Source of the DNA: a virus
Taxonomy: Duplodnaviria; Caudoviricetes
Length of the DNA stretch: 52,489 nucleotides
Strand: one strand, 5' to 3'
IMG/VR virus record: IMGVR_UViG_3300022752_000102
Location: 1 to 52,489 of that record
The position numbers and the translations under genes were made by a program. This document shows positions 47,301 through 51,788 of this stretch, one piece after another. The stretch's first letter is position 1; the number at the start of each line of letters is the position of its first letter. The notes beneath the pieces are model-generated. The model saw only the letters and a list, made by a program, of their open reading frames with translations. It was not told where the DNA came from and ran no database searches.

Positions 47301-48074
47301 ATCGATATGGCAGTTCTCACTGGAGCGAGAAATTTGTTGCAGTTGGTGTCTCCTTCTTCGACCGCACAGGATACAATACGGAATTTTGCAACCCTGACCG
47401 GACAGCTCGCCGCCTCCTATGTTCCTTTCTACCCCAAACTTCGCGACTACGATGCTCTTTATGACGGGCTGATGGGACAGCCCCGGGCCAAGCTTTATAA
47501 AGATGGCTTTGCTTCTTACTTCCTATCCAGCTTCCCCATTGTCTCCAGGTTCGGGGATCAGGATCTCGACTTCCTCGGAGGCCAGGTATCCACTGATGTG
47601 ATCAATACCGTACCCCTAGTCAAACGTTTCTTCAAACTTGGTGTATCCGGATCCGAGTATGATCGGGCAGCCATACCAACTGATCAACAAATCCACGACA
47701 AACTCATCTCCCTTTTCGCAAAACACGGGCGCAGAATCAACTGGGATGCCGGATCCCTTAATGATATTGCCCAAATAGAAATGGCTCAACAGGCGGCACA
47801 GGGGATCCCCGTGGACAAATCCGTCTATGAAATCCTTGCCTTGACCCGCGATTTGACGGAGGATGAAAAATACGAGTGGGTAAAGCTTGCCGGTCCTCTC
47901 ATCCAGGCCGATCTTTCCAGGCTAATCCCGAACCTAGAAGCAGCCGAGGATGCCGCCGAGTTTGATTTCATCCTGGATAAGATGTCGAATGTAAGTGCGA
48001 TCAAACGAAACGTGTTGAGGGCGATACTGATCCGCAAATTCTCCGAGGGAATTATGCGGGACGAGTTGCCTTGA
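35358..48074 (+). CDS. Giant polyvalent internal virion protein (4238 aa) with SF2 helicase (strawberry-notch/DarB-like) and zincin HExxH domains
   Basis: LGDSAGLGKT, LIDEAH, LASGTP, IQAVGRTWR; IMHEVVH; hydrophobic C-terminal region typical of large ejection proteins. Confidence 0.8.
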   Translation: MADTPINPEEQDQQQTQPNPVAPAVPVTEPQPAVPFSLEDQAKAIMENLPPSIDLEAQAKAVYDIPSPYEGFASEVIKVAEDPVGRGILSNLKHAIESGELKEHYGKAYDYFLTGPDLQDPMDKAMEAKKNGDALGFTKGFLGFLANLTGNYFNLAVGRSKEDSKAAALSNEADTLIGKIRDPKVASRAIELGEMYLSKLDNGQSIISKDQEPKFIVKADSRGGAGPEPSISGYNFGMNLAEAEKYLKQLEEDQNATLSSSALRVFATTGVDALPFVTAGNIYIDDETDPEQVAKRRALTHKINEVIRNKYYGPSVAGSVAGSLGGFVGAGKLATKLIGTPAVVGGRSIQIPNSFSRWGTYAIYGGGEALEDTRDLPWSDRLLDVAENIVKIGVSERIGEAGGTYVERLASTKLAHTGLTASIPGLTPVTRNAAFLTGGITSETISNQIDRVLAGQAPLPGLGEDAATASGAVFGMYLIGKGANLFTKPGIETRIFDQAKRQFSDGFGQFIDRINESTDLTYNQKRKLISDTLKNLPTQELKDLFTAKMAERAAAKNADVAPQTLKVAQEIVEKTEGPALVSILKVEADKQEKEAKAKKEGVSVTKEAAKIEAPALTQEELEVRAESFGDWIYSTLIDLPQGTELTISRTPQNEPLLSILEKRGIIYGEKDTENFIVKAAYDKTKTKLAGPKDFAPDLKAENAVESGRALLEDIQKLKPMDPNEVDRIEASFDEATSESEVNQIIKQFASIEDSHNKQNDEILATFKEPKKVATIQSQIRALNKQITQLERDVLTVPTAQKAQTEKQLEDLKLKRDGLVNERENIEGLGMRAVQLKIEDSIDALIEQKKITKEEADLIPENITLHINNPKSGSYQRYQLALADPERVKLLTDPQQTLAIFGAKNKLKKYELADLGAINEVGEVLQTPQEVIESFLEGKKRWLTGEDFKGYPNLYDVVYNGVKDELQLEVLEGKTNLNMNLVFFRRLYSAIRMYKVRKARNMGIDFASSLDSETEGPKVEAEAAGVLTEQKAGPAALVGQAEEKFDEEDKAFADKISRERREGFIKQLSDPKWGDQNNKIIFEELVFPAETGTIMTREDRAAKISDISARTKLSVPEILTKENFLRNEFVSFLKADVQVHEAQKEVRRSLTRREPPRRTTEMSEQDKEIVSVLEQFRAIQKQMERENYFLVRDIKNPDGSIRHVDESAIIEKLSDQARNSRSQDDLLKYVSYLNDIRKRTLTPENLNPWLQGIEETYDSTAGQTPEALRSDFRNQIDQAKENYLESQQSSDEAIRLEGAARFRSRIIELGNELVRSTGRYEITKSGEYRLKGGTGTSTAGGGPGLARAAIEQARAKLNAGATAERRGLRRVKDSPGNISEPLKGRRYRKDPTLSEEEVESGNFGTPIAKRVVALPEQVASIVPEATMEKLKKATKPIVWKALNEDQRKTFARIMLALNTKNGSHYLGDSAGLGKTRPILAVADYSASQNSPVVILTDSSALTPDWRKNDPGGSLGKDAKEMGIKLDFRGVAERPLPDKLAPGEILLTTFQYIDQLKEKGLVTPQTVLLIDEAHKLNGNGVWAETGASLMQTAKKVLLASGTPFETFEQMTRAFRRLGIFGEGGIAEDNLEKVLGFKTYRTRGGRGEETLRAKPDKKLLSVMLEKDIVKLERQRVEAKNLIAKLRTQKDFSVANMTAAVNSLSAVDGVLGVTEEDQQRRIRGFLGQLAKANLYSASSMSLEGVTIDQVFLPLDEEIKRKLGVLNAQGGGSANTDGKRKEALEMAHRYALELYKVPTAVDLTFKALGRGEKIIVFVEQVKQPKSTTGILDKPSAIVFEEMLRVEAAKRGIPVEIAKMYDPKISGQKKKDALRSFQGGNANVLIATKETAGTGGELDDKFGPEKGGKPRYVIFLANPFSAIQFIQAVGRTWRRLTASYPKAVLLTTNAAADRIVADLRTTKDILLGATLNTNISELGKAESLEPQPEAKPSEEIVLEGELPETKGIVRARSARQKVKPAKKTDQKAIQDFMTRLRSWVDMNLTDTARNPTKEVIAALKGRPSDILEEIIQKDGQKVFEAFGTRSYPVITDFIEKLSPQFSFGRSANDIIQEFTEYVYENKPIAKIAEKPESPAVDEDASDKHEDNYIPKDLTKEQELLVKELEDEVKKVYKSDYKNGVLTITDRKGKQSFNVQFVLGAEATATPGSSDDTDVITLGVNFFKEEKNTRGKKFQDYLKNVIMHEVVHVKTFRVIRDELKRAGKKGSFADLIKFFEDFYDSLDQNTIEKSVKLYHALAGRGAYTGKELQEQMSLFATNKLLVSAELMAQLLGINVFGKTTELALAPNRAAYNRAKARQDALFVEEAQKSPVREKFKMFFNAAETALASLRGISSKAAYVPADFDKEIKNALDQLNNRVSGYAEAVEEKAEERKEISKLSRYHLEFENNVEKMRDLEFRDDLTPEEEAKYDKLKRRQSDLQRLIIEEESKPYVNIPPEAGKTNPFPSEEPNRFNFSTLRVARMIDLAENGLVSKIFNTDVQQDLYGKFLPWAEFAGSIRNVEAYNILHPTEIYLMRWALDQYASKKNVIYLSDLKQSVLESAEDMEEMNKLLPESIFIRDDQALPEEIMERAQFESSEDREKPTDLYYVRVSNLPAESVWGKSNKHATARLVFRILGRGQTIYYEGKAYSTRSAGPALIKVLEAQDPTFKIFAKKKPYLSAPPIEEPEMVISQGGANWLARVLDVIPNEEIRNRLEANLTYKKLTNEETKQRALDYINEVSKRPDGFNKLVRQFLNDTFPRRTPLVIRTAIGFQIANLLAQRASDGDANAQELMAQVSMVLQDRHMIDPGRAIQYLWQGPDLAADALAFTKVLESQIEAAAKLRMEPYIPYLEQTTEEIAKADLEAGDAFASSPQVQDIVSQIQRFEKLKQNAAEELAQLNSEMANMVMASESRFADIFSDVISPVGLPPSNTTGGDNLGFDDVIVNKLANYMVEFVSKSYAEANDILEPEKLKKMLLLSPFFTTAKNPEARLRVFYHHFLPAYNMALPRILEAVKDDYNITQKELEEAKAKVGEMKTRGRAKIIADDFENIVTKKRKKAPIRQAPRTLKDLVAPTAKEIIKETSNIKDPAIRIKLKEIARYIKSQAIIGPLKEKGILTPRKTEGTPTAAQKLLEFYEMFEEGTEFIADVRLYISNTAKESEKAILSEFLDKILEKLTTVSTFSRVVTSLESIGGTNKTIQRLIRDPKESITEFKKELQRLFIDGTTMPENLRQQAADYLSKSLEDMVAAKRKEALTKLKERLAKTAERKTRKVRSAIDKLMDAANLGLLTDPEIFQQIHMKLGLPEFGDKERARVNEMILNLSKYPEGRLRNAKISEINDYIKTVAPITFSKIAPSYQTANLLNAIGSLGINATSAINGVAVEGLQAYGLATAKQTLGGKEQKLQALGIKKGIEALQNAWFSEKGLARKAASEVWKLGRFPTDSAVMKEFGQFNIFEAMLKEKQAAEAGKRGDQVAELKVKLPFGVSPIASFLSRLIPQFVKKSGPVQALSEVISKEGRELKINLQAEWKPELKFLPERLKQPVFDIVTKLFPTKLIDTPLALRQLPFMEKMMEAGSPYLKLITKVPIVGKYLGRFGGIADVPIYPYNSALGSYVLSSRLMAASDTFIKFGARDLGRVVETAYLLAKENPDATEEEFLDQMAIRLNRTSDSIERAMKLAMSEAKQFAENGEIVMTPEDILLRADEILDQNMPKDEFTKQVIERANVYAQRLSFQQDYEGYIGFIAGSLDAVAKHFWVSASILKFLRTSSALANEFLNYAPGVSFLRYFRGMGGLLAHTEATKRFYRPPAMPNSYQRDMLRSKMIIGHSMYGLIIGLIWSALNDDKENPWFFVHFKGPKDPAQRKAFFSAGGTLKSMQIGKFGEPLMIGGVKVAEGPVFIAWESLFPGATGFLMPVAATGEAVRYEKRSFAEAAPSILATAGLTTGLGIIDMAVLTGARNLLQLVSPSSTAQDTIRNFATLTGQLAASYVPFYPKLRDYDALYDGLMGQPRAKLYKDGFASYFLSSFPIVSRFGDQDLDFLGGQVSTDVINTVPLVKRFFKLGVSGSEYDRAAIPTDQQIHDKLISLFAKHGRRINWDAGSLNDIAQIEMAQQAAQGIPVDKSVYEILALTRDLTEDEKYEWVKLAGPLIQADLSRLIPNLEAAEDAAEFDFILDKMSNVSAIKRNVLRAILIRKFSEGIMRDELP

Positions 48075-48093
48075 AAATAGGTCTTGGTAGAAT
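48066..48093 (+). promoter_or_regulatory. Promoter TTGCCT-N16-TAGAAT (extended -10 TG)
   Basis: TTGCCT 48066-71, TG 48085-86, TAGAAT 48088-93; ATG 9 nt downstream. Confidence 0.55.
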
Positions 48094-48102
48094 CAGCTAA
48101 CC

Positions 48103-48702
48103 ATGCCAGACGCACCCAAACAAAAAATGACCTCGCAAGAGGCGTTTGATCTTCTCAAAAACTACGAGAAGTTCTCGCCAACCGTCTATCCCGACAAGGG
48201 CGGAGTAGCCACAATCGGTTATGGACTGACAAAGTATGAGTTTCCTGGTTTGACTTTGCAGAGCACAAACGTTTTGACAGAACCCCAAGCTGCCAAAATG
48301 CTTCAAGATAAATTGGAAAACAAATTTATTCCAAGGGTACAAGAACTTGTGTCAGTCCCCCTGACAACCAATCAACTCGGAGCCTTGGCTAGCTTCATGT
48401 ACAATGTGGGAGAGCCCAATTTCACATCCAGCACGCTTAGGAAAAAATTAAATGCCGGAGATTTTGAAGGCGCTCTCAAAGAGTTTCCAAGATGGAACAA
48501 GGTAAGAAATAAGGACACCGGAAAGCTTGAGCCAGCGGCAGGATTGACTGACAGGCGGCAGGCAGAGATGGCTTTGTTCAGCGGGGACATGCAGGAGCTT
48601 GGAAGAAAACTGGAGCTAAAGAAGTTTGGTCCTCCTGGCTACGCCGCGGGTTATATACCAAAGAAGGGTTCCGTTGTAAAATCTTCGGGAGGGTCCAGAT
48701 AA
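48103..48702 (+). CDS. GH24 phage lysozyme (muramidase)
   Basis: YEKF...YPDKGGVATIGYG (E-D-T triad), ALASFMYNVG, SSTLRKKLNAGD, FPRWNK, GLTDRRQAE. Confidence 0.92.
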   Translation: MPDAPKQKMTSQEAFDLLKNYEKFSPTVYPDKGGVATIGYGLTKYEFPGLTLQSTNVLTEPQAAKMLQDKLENKFIPRVQELVSVPLTTNQLGALASFMYNVGEPNFTSSTLRKKLNAGDFEGALKEFPRWNKVRNKDTGKLEPAAGLTDRRQAEMALFSGDMQELGRKLELKKFGPPGYAAGYIPKKGSVVKSSGGSR

Positions 48703-48995
48703 TGCCATTAGGAAAAGCCAGCATGCCTTGCAATCAACCCCGGGCCAGCACACGCCCGGGCAAAAAGAAAATGGTCAAAGCCTGCGAGGGCGGACAGGAA
48801 CGCCTCGTACACTTTGGGGCCAAAGGATACGGCCACAATTACTCGGCCGCGGCGCGCAAATCCTTCCGGGCCCGCCACAACTGCGCCAATCCGGGGAGCA
48901 AGCTAAGCGCCCGTTACTGGGCCTGCAAGCACTTATGGGCTGGCCCAGGCGGCTCTACCCAGTCAAGCCCGTCCAACCGGAAAGGGAAGTACTGA
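48702..48995 (+). CDS. Small basic Cys-containing protein with MPLGK N-terminus
   Basis: KKKMVKAC..LVHFG..ARKSFRARHNC..SARYWAC..W pattern seen in aquatic phage proteins. Confidence 0.8.
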   Translation: MPLGKASMPCNQPRASTRPGKKKMVKACEGGQERLVHFGAKGYGHNYSAAARKSFRARHNCANPGSKLSARYWACKHLWAGPGGSTQSSPSNRKGKY

Positions 48996-49189
48996 TGTTA
49001 TGGCCCGTTTTCTTTTTTGTGGGAATCGTTTTGGTGTTCCTTGTGTGGCGTCCCCGCGGGAGAACCTCGGTGTGGCGGGAAATGAGTTCGGAGGAAAAAT
49101 ACCTTTTGGCTCAAAAAATTTTTACAAGGGATCCAAGCACTTTTAAGGACAAAGACGACGACGGAGTCGAGGATATACTGGAGAAATAA
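48995..49189 (+). CDS. Small membrane protein with C-terminal DxDxDG motif
   Basis: ATG 48995 (TGATG overlap); TM WPVFFFVGIVLVFLVW; DKDDDG. Confidence 0.65.
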   Translation: MLWPVFFFVGIVLVFLVWRPRGRTSVWREMSSEEKYLLAQKIFTRDPSTFKDKDDDGVEDILEK

Positions 49190-49190
49190 T

Positions 49191-49331
49191 ATGCCCCTTG
49201 GGAAGAAGAAATCGGACGATGCATGTACCCGAAAGGTGAAAGCCCGCTACAAGGTCTGGCCTTCCGCCTACGCCAGTGGCGCACTGGTCAAATGCCGCAA
49301 GAAGGGCGCCAAAAACTGGGGGAATAAGTGA
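49191..49331 (+). CDS. Small basic protein, 46 aa, MPLGK N-terminus
   Basis: Hand translation MPLGKKKSDDACTRKVKARYKVWPSAYASGALVKCRKKGAKNWGNK; RBS GGAG; not in the ORF track. Confidence 0.85.
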   Translation: MPLGKKKSDDACTRKVKARYKVWPSAYASGALVKCRKKGAKNWGNK

Positions 49332-49332
49332 T

Positions 49333-49962
49333 ATGCCGCTAGGATCTAAAAATTTTAAGACTGCGGAAGACTTTCAAGACCCTAACAAGTTTTATAGGGT
49401 ATTTTACGGCAATCCGGCTTATGAAGATATATTAGAATCAGGAAAAATTAGAACCGTTGGGAGCCCATCTTATCTAGGAACAAAGCCTCAGTTTGCTAAC
49501 TCCCCAAGCCTATCGGAACAAATCAAAACTAGGCCAACGGCTTGGCCTTCTTTTGCAAAAGGTAAAGCCAACCTATTATACGCCCAAGGATTACCAGATC
49601 ACTACATTATTGAAACAGAAGAAAAGTTAACCACTTCAAAAAGCGGCAGACATGGCAAAGGATCAACTCATTTCCCGATGGACGAAAAGGGGCTAGCTGT
49701 GGACGAAACCAAGACGAAAATATACAAACACGTGGGAGAAGGAAAGTACAAAAAAGTTCGATCAACAAACAAAGGTCTTGGGGCAACTGCGGCCAGCTTT
49801 GCTTTTGCACCGATGGTGGACATGATGATTGATACAGCCATGCAGGGAAGTAAAGCCGGTCCGGAGCTAATGAAGGAGCTCGAAGCAAATCTTGACCCTT
49901 TAATCAAAAAACGTATTGAAGAAGAAGCTAAAAAGCAAGCTCTCGTAAACTCTGAAAAATGA
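49333..49962 (+). CDS. MPLGS-start protein, possible ADP-ribosyltransferase-like fold
   Basis: ATG 49333 just after the previous stop; FYR..G..AYEDILESGKIR...PSFAKG...YIIE. Confidence 0.6.
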   Translation: MPLGSKNFKTAEDFQDPNKFYRVFYGNPAYEDILESGKIRTVGSPSYLGTKPQFANSPSLSEQIKTRPTAWPSFAKGKANLLYAQGLPDHYIIETEEKLTTSKSGRHGKGSTHFPMDEKGLAVDETKTKIYKHVGEGKYKKVRSTNKGLGATAASFAFAPMVDMMIDTAMQGSKAGPELMKELEANLDPLIKKRIEEEAKKQALVNSEK

Positions 49963-50192
49963 ACTTCGAACTGGAGAAAAAATATGGCCTCCATGGATGG
50001 TTCAAGCGTAACAAAGGGAAAGGCTGGGTTAACTGCAAAACAGGCGGACCGTGTGGCCGCTCGGACTCCAGCAAAGGCAGCTATCCGGCGTGCCGTCCGA
50101 CGATGTCTATGTGTTCCGCCTCGGCTCGTAAGAAGAAAGGCCCGGAACGGATAAGCTGGAAAAAGAAGGGTGGTTTGGGTAAAGGCTCTTGA
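49959..50192 (+). CDS. Small basic Cys-rich protein ending GGLGKGS
   Basis: GLHGWF...WVNCKTGGPCGRS...YPACRP pattern; ATGA overlap. Confidence 0.8.
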   Translation: MNFELEKKYGLHGWFKRNKGKGWVNCKTGGPCGRSDSSKGSYPACRPTMSMCSASARKKKGPERISWKKKGGLGKGS

Positions 50193-50216
50193 CGCCAATA
50201 TCCTTGCCTATAACAT
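50189..50216 (+). promoter_or_regulatory. Promoter TTGACG-N16-TAACAT, probably giving a leaderless transcript
   Basis: ATG 50223 lies 6 nt after the -10 box; no SD. Confidence 0.55.
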
Positions 50217-50222
50217 AGATCC

Positions 50223-50378
50223 ATGCCCCTAGGTAAAAGCGTTTCAGCCAACATCCGCGAGCTCTACGCGGATAACAAGAAAAAAGGAAAGGCCCGTGGG
50301 GCCGGCGGAACGCCGCGCCCAAAGGCCCAAATCATTGCCATAGCATTGAGAGCAGCTGGCAAATCGAAAGGTAAATAA
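50223..50378 (+). CDS. Small basic protein, 51 aa, MPLGK N-terminus
   Basis: Hand translation MPLGKSVSANIRELYADNKKKGKARGAGGTPRPKAQIIAIALRAAGKSKGK; not in the ORF track. Confidence 0.8.
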   Translation: MPLGKSVSANIRELYADNKKKGKARGAGGTPRPKAQIIAIALRAAGKSKGK

Positions 50379-50379
50379 T

Positions 50380-50928
50380 ATGCCCGACAACAAACTCAAA
50401 ATGATCATGCCCCCTCCCCCTTATCTTTACGAGGATTATGCCTTGACGAGTAATCCAGATTTCCTTGGACGGATGAGTATAACGGGCGAACCCGTCTACC
50501 GGTCTCAAGTTGAAGCTCAACATCGAATGGACAGATTTCTAGATGAGGAATATAAAAAAGCCAAAGCGGCTGAAAAAGCCGAAAAAAAAGCCCTTAGAAA
50601 TAAAGAGCTTAATAAAATGGGTGTTAAAAAACTTTCTGTTTCTAAGAGAGGAGAAATTGAAGAAGGTCCTGAAGAAATGGTTAATACCATTCCTATCACA
50701 AAAGAAGAGTTCAACGGATACACTCCCGAAGAACTTATGAGAGTTAAAGAGATCCTTGGTGCCGGCGTTAGAAACACAGCAAAATTGCTTTACGATTTTG
50801 GTCCTGAGATTCAAAGAGCGTACGATAAAAGTAAGACTCTTCCTTCCAGGCGTAAACCTGTTGTCGCTCCTGAAGCCAGACCTCCGGTAGGATCGTACAA
50901 ATCCTTTTTTGACTACAAAAAACAGTAA
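50380..50928 (+). CDS. Hypothetical charged protein
   Basis: 182-aa Lys/Glu-rich ORF, AT-rich coding. Confidence 0.7.
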   Translation: MPDNKLKMIMPPPPYLYEDYALTSNPDFLGRMSITGEPVYRSQVEAQHRMDRFLDEEYKKAKAAEKAEKKALRNKELNKMGVKKLSVSKRGEIEEGPEEMVNTIPITKEEFNGYTPEELMRVKEILGAGVRNTAKLLYDFGPEIQRAYDKSKTLPSRRKPVVAPEARPPVGSYKSFFDYKKQ

Positions 50929-50934
50929 GTTCCT

Positions 50935-51165
50935 ATGCCACTTGGGAAAGTTGATTACCGGGAACAGTACGTTAAATACCACAGTGGAACCCGGCAGAAA
51001 AAAGACAGGGCCCATAGGAACAAGGTAAGGAGGATGATGATCCGTAAGCACGGTAAGCAAGCCCTCAATGGAAAACATGTCGACCACAAGGACGGCAATC
51101 CAAGAAACAATCGCCCAAGCAATCTTCGGATTGTTTCGGCCCACACCAACAGGGTAAAACAATGA
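50935..51165 (+). CDS. HNH endonuclease with MPLGK N-terminus
   Basis: HVDHKDGNPRNNRPSNLRIVSAHTNR. Confidence 0.88.
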   Translation: MPLGKVDYREQYVKYHSGTRQKKDRAHRNKVRRMMIRKHGKQALNGKHVDHKDGNPRNNRPSNLRIVSAHTNRVKQ

Positions 51166-51323
51166 AAATGGGATTTGAAAAGCTTACGCGAAGCCTGGCA
51201 GGAAAGGGGGCTGAAAATCCCAAGGCGCTTGCCGCCTGGATTGGCCGCAAGAAATACGGCAAAGAAAAATTCCAGCAGATGTCCCAAAAGGTTCACAACA
51301 AGGGCCGCGGCCTGGGTAAATAA
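51162..51323 (+). CDS. Small basic protein, 53 aa, ending GRGLGK
   Basis: Hand translation MKMGFEKLTRSLAGKGAENPKALAAWIGRKKYGKEKFQQMSQKVHNKGRGLGK; ATGA overlap with the HNH gene. Confidence 0.8.
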   Translation: MKMGFEKLTRSLAGKGAENPKALAAWIGRKKYGKEKFQQMSQKVHNKGRGLGK

Positions 51324-51324
51324 G

Positions 51325-51750
51325 ATGCCCGCCAAGCCCTGTCCCCGCGAGACCCAAGACATTGCGGCCAACCTTGCCAATCGCAAGAAGGCAATCAAAA
51401 CGGCCTTATACGGGCCCCTTAACCCAAATGAACCCAACGAAGACTACTGGACAAAGCTTGGTGAAGAGTTTGGCACGTCGGCAGAGGAGGCAAAGAAATC
51501 GCGTTGCGGCAACTGTGCGGCTTTCAATGTTACCACCAGGATGCAGGAATGTATTGCTTCCGGCCTCAAGGAACGCGGAGGGGACGAGTGGGAGGTGGTA
51601 AATGCCGGGCAGCTTGGATACTGCGAAGCTTTTGATTTTAAGTGCGCGGCAGCAAGGAGTTGCAAAGCGTGGATTGTAGGGGGGCCGATCGATGATTCGA
51701 AGGCCAATGAGCGGATGGGTTTTGTTGAGGCGGTGGAAGAGGGAGCTTAA
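51325..51750 (+). CDS. Cys-rich protein (HiPIP-like C-x2-C...C...C-x2-W) with scaffold-like C-terminal motif
   Basis: ATG 51325 after the previous stop; RCGNCAAF...GYC...CAAARSCKAW; ends RMGFVEAVEEGA. Confidence 0.75.
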   Translation: MPAKPCPRETQDIAANLANRKKAIKTALYGPLNPNEPNEDYWTKLGEEFGTSAEEAKKSRCGNCAAFNVTTRMQECIASGLKERGGDEWEVVNAGQLGYCEAFDFKCAAARSCKAWIVGGPIDDSKANERMGFVEAVEEGA

Positions 51751-51754
51751 TAGC

Positions 51755-51782
51755 TTTACTTTGTACGCCGGGCATTTAGCCT
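51755..51782 (+). promoter_or_regulatory. Promoter TTTACT-N16-TAGCCT, probably giving a leaderless transcript
   Basis: ATG 51789 lies 6 nt after the -10 box; no SD. Confidence 0.45.
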
Positions 51783-51788
51783 TGATTT

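Noticed and set aside
48728-51750. Track starts at 48728, 49276 and 51175
   Set aside because: They overlap better-supported small genes; the true starts are more likely 48995, 49333 and 51325
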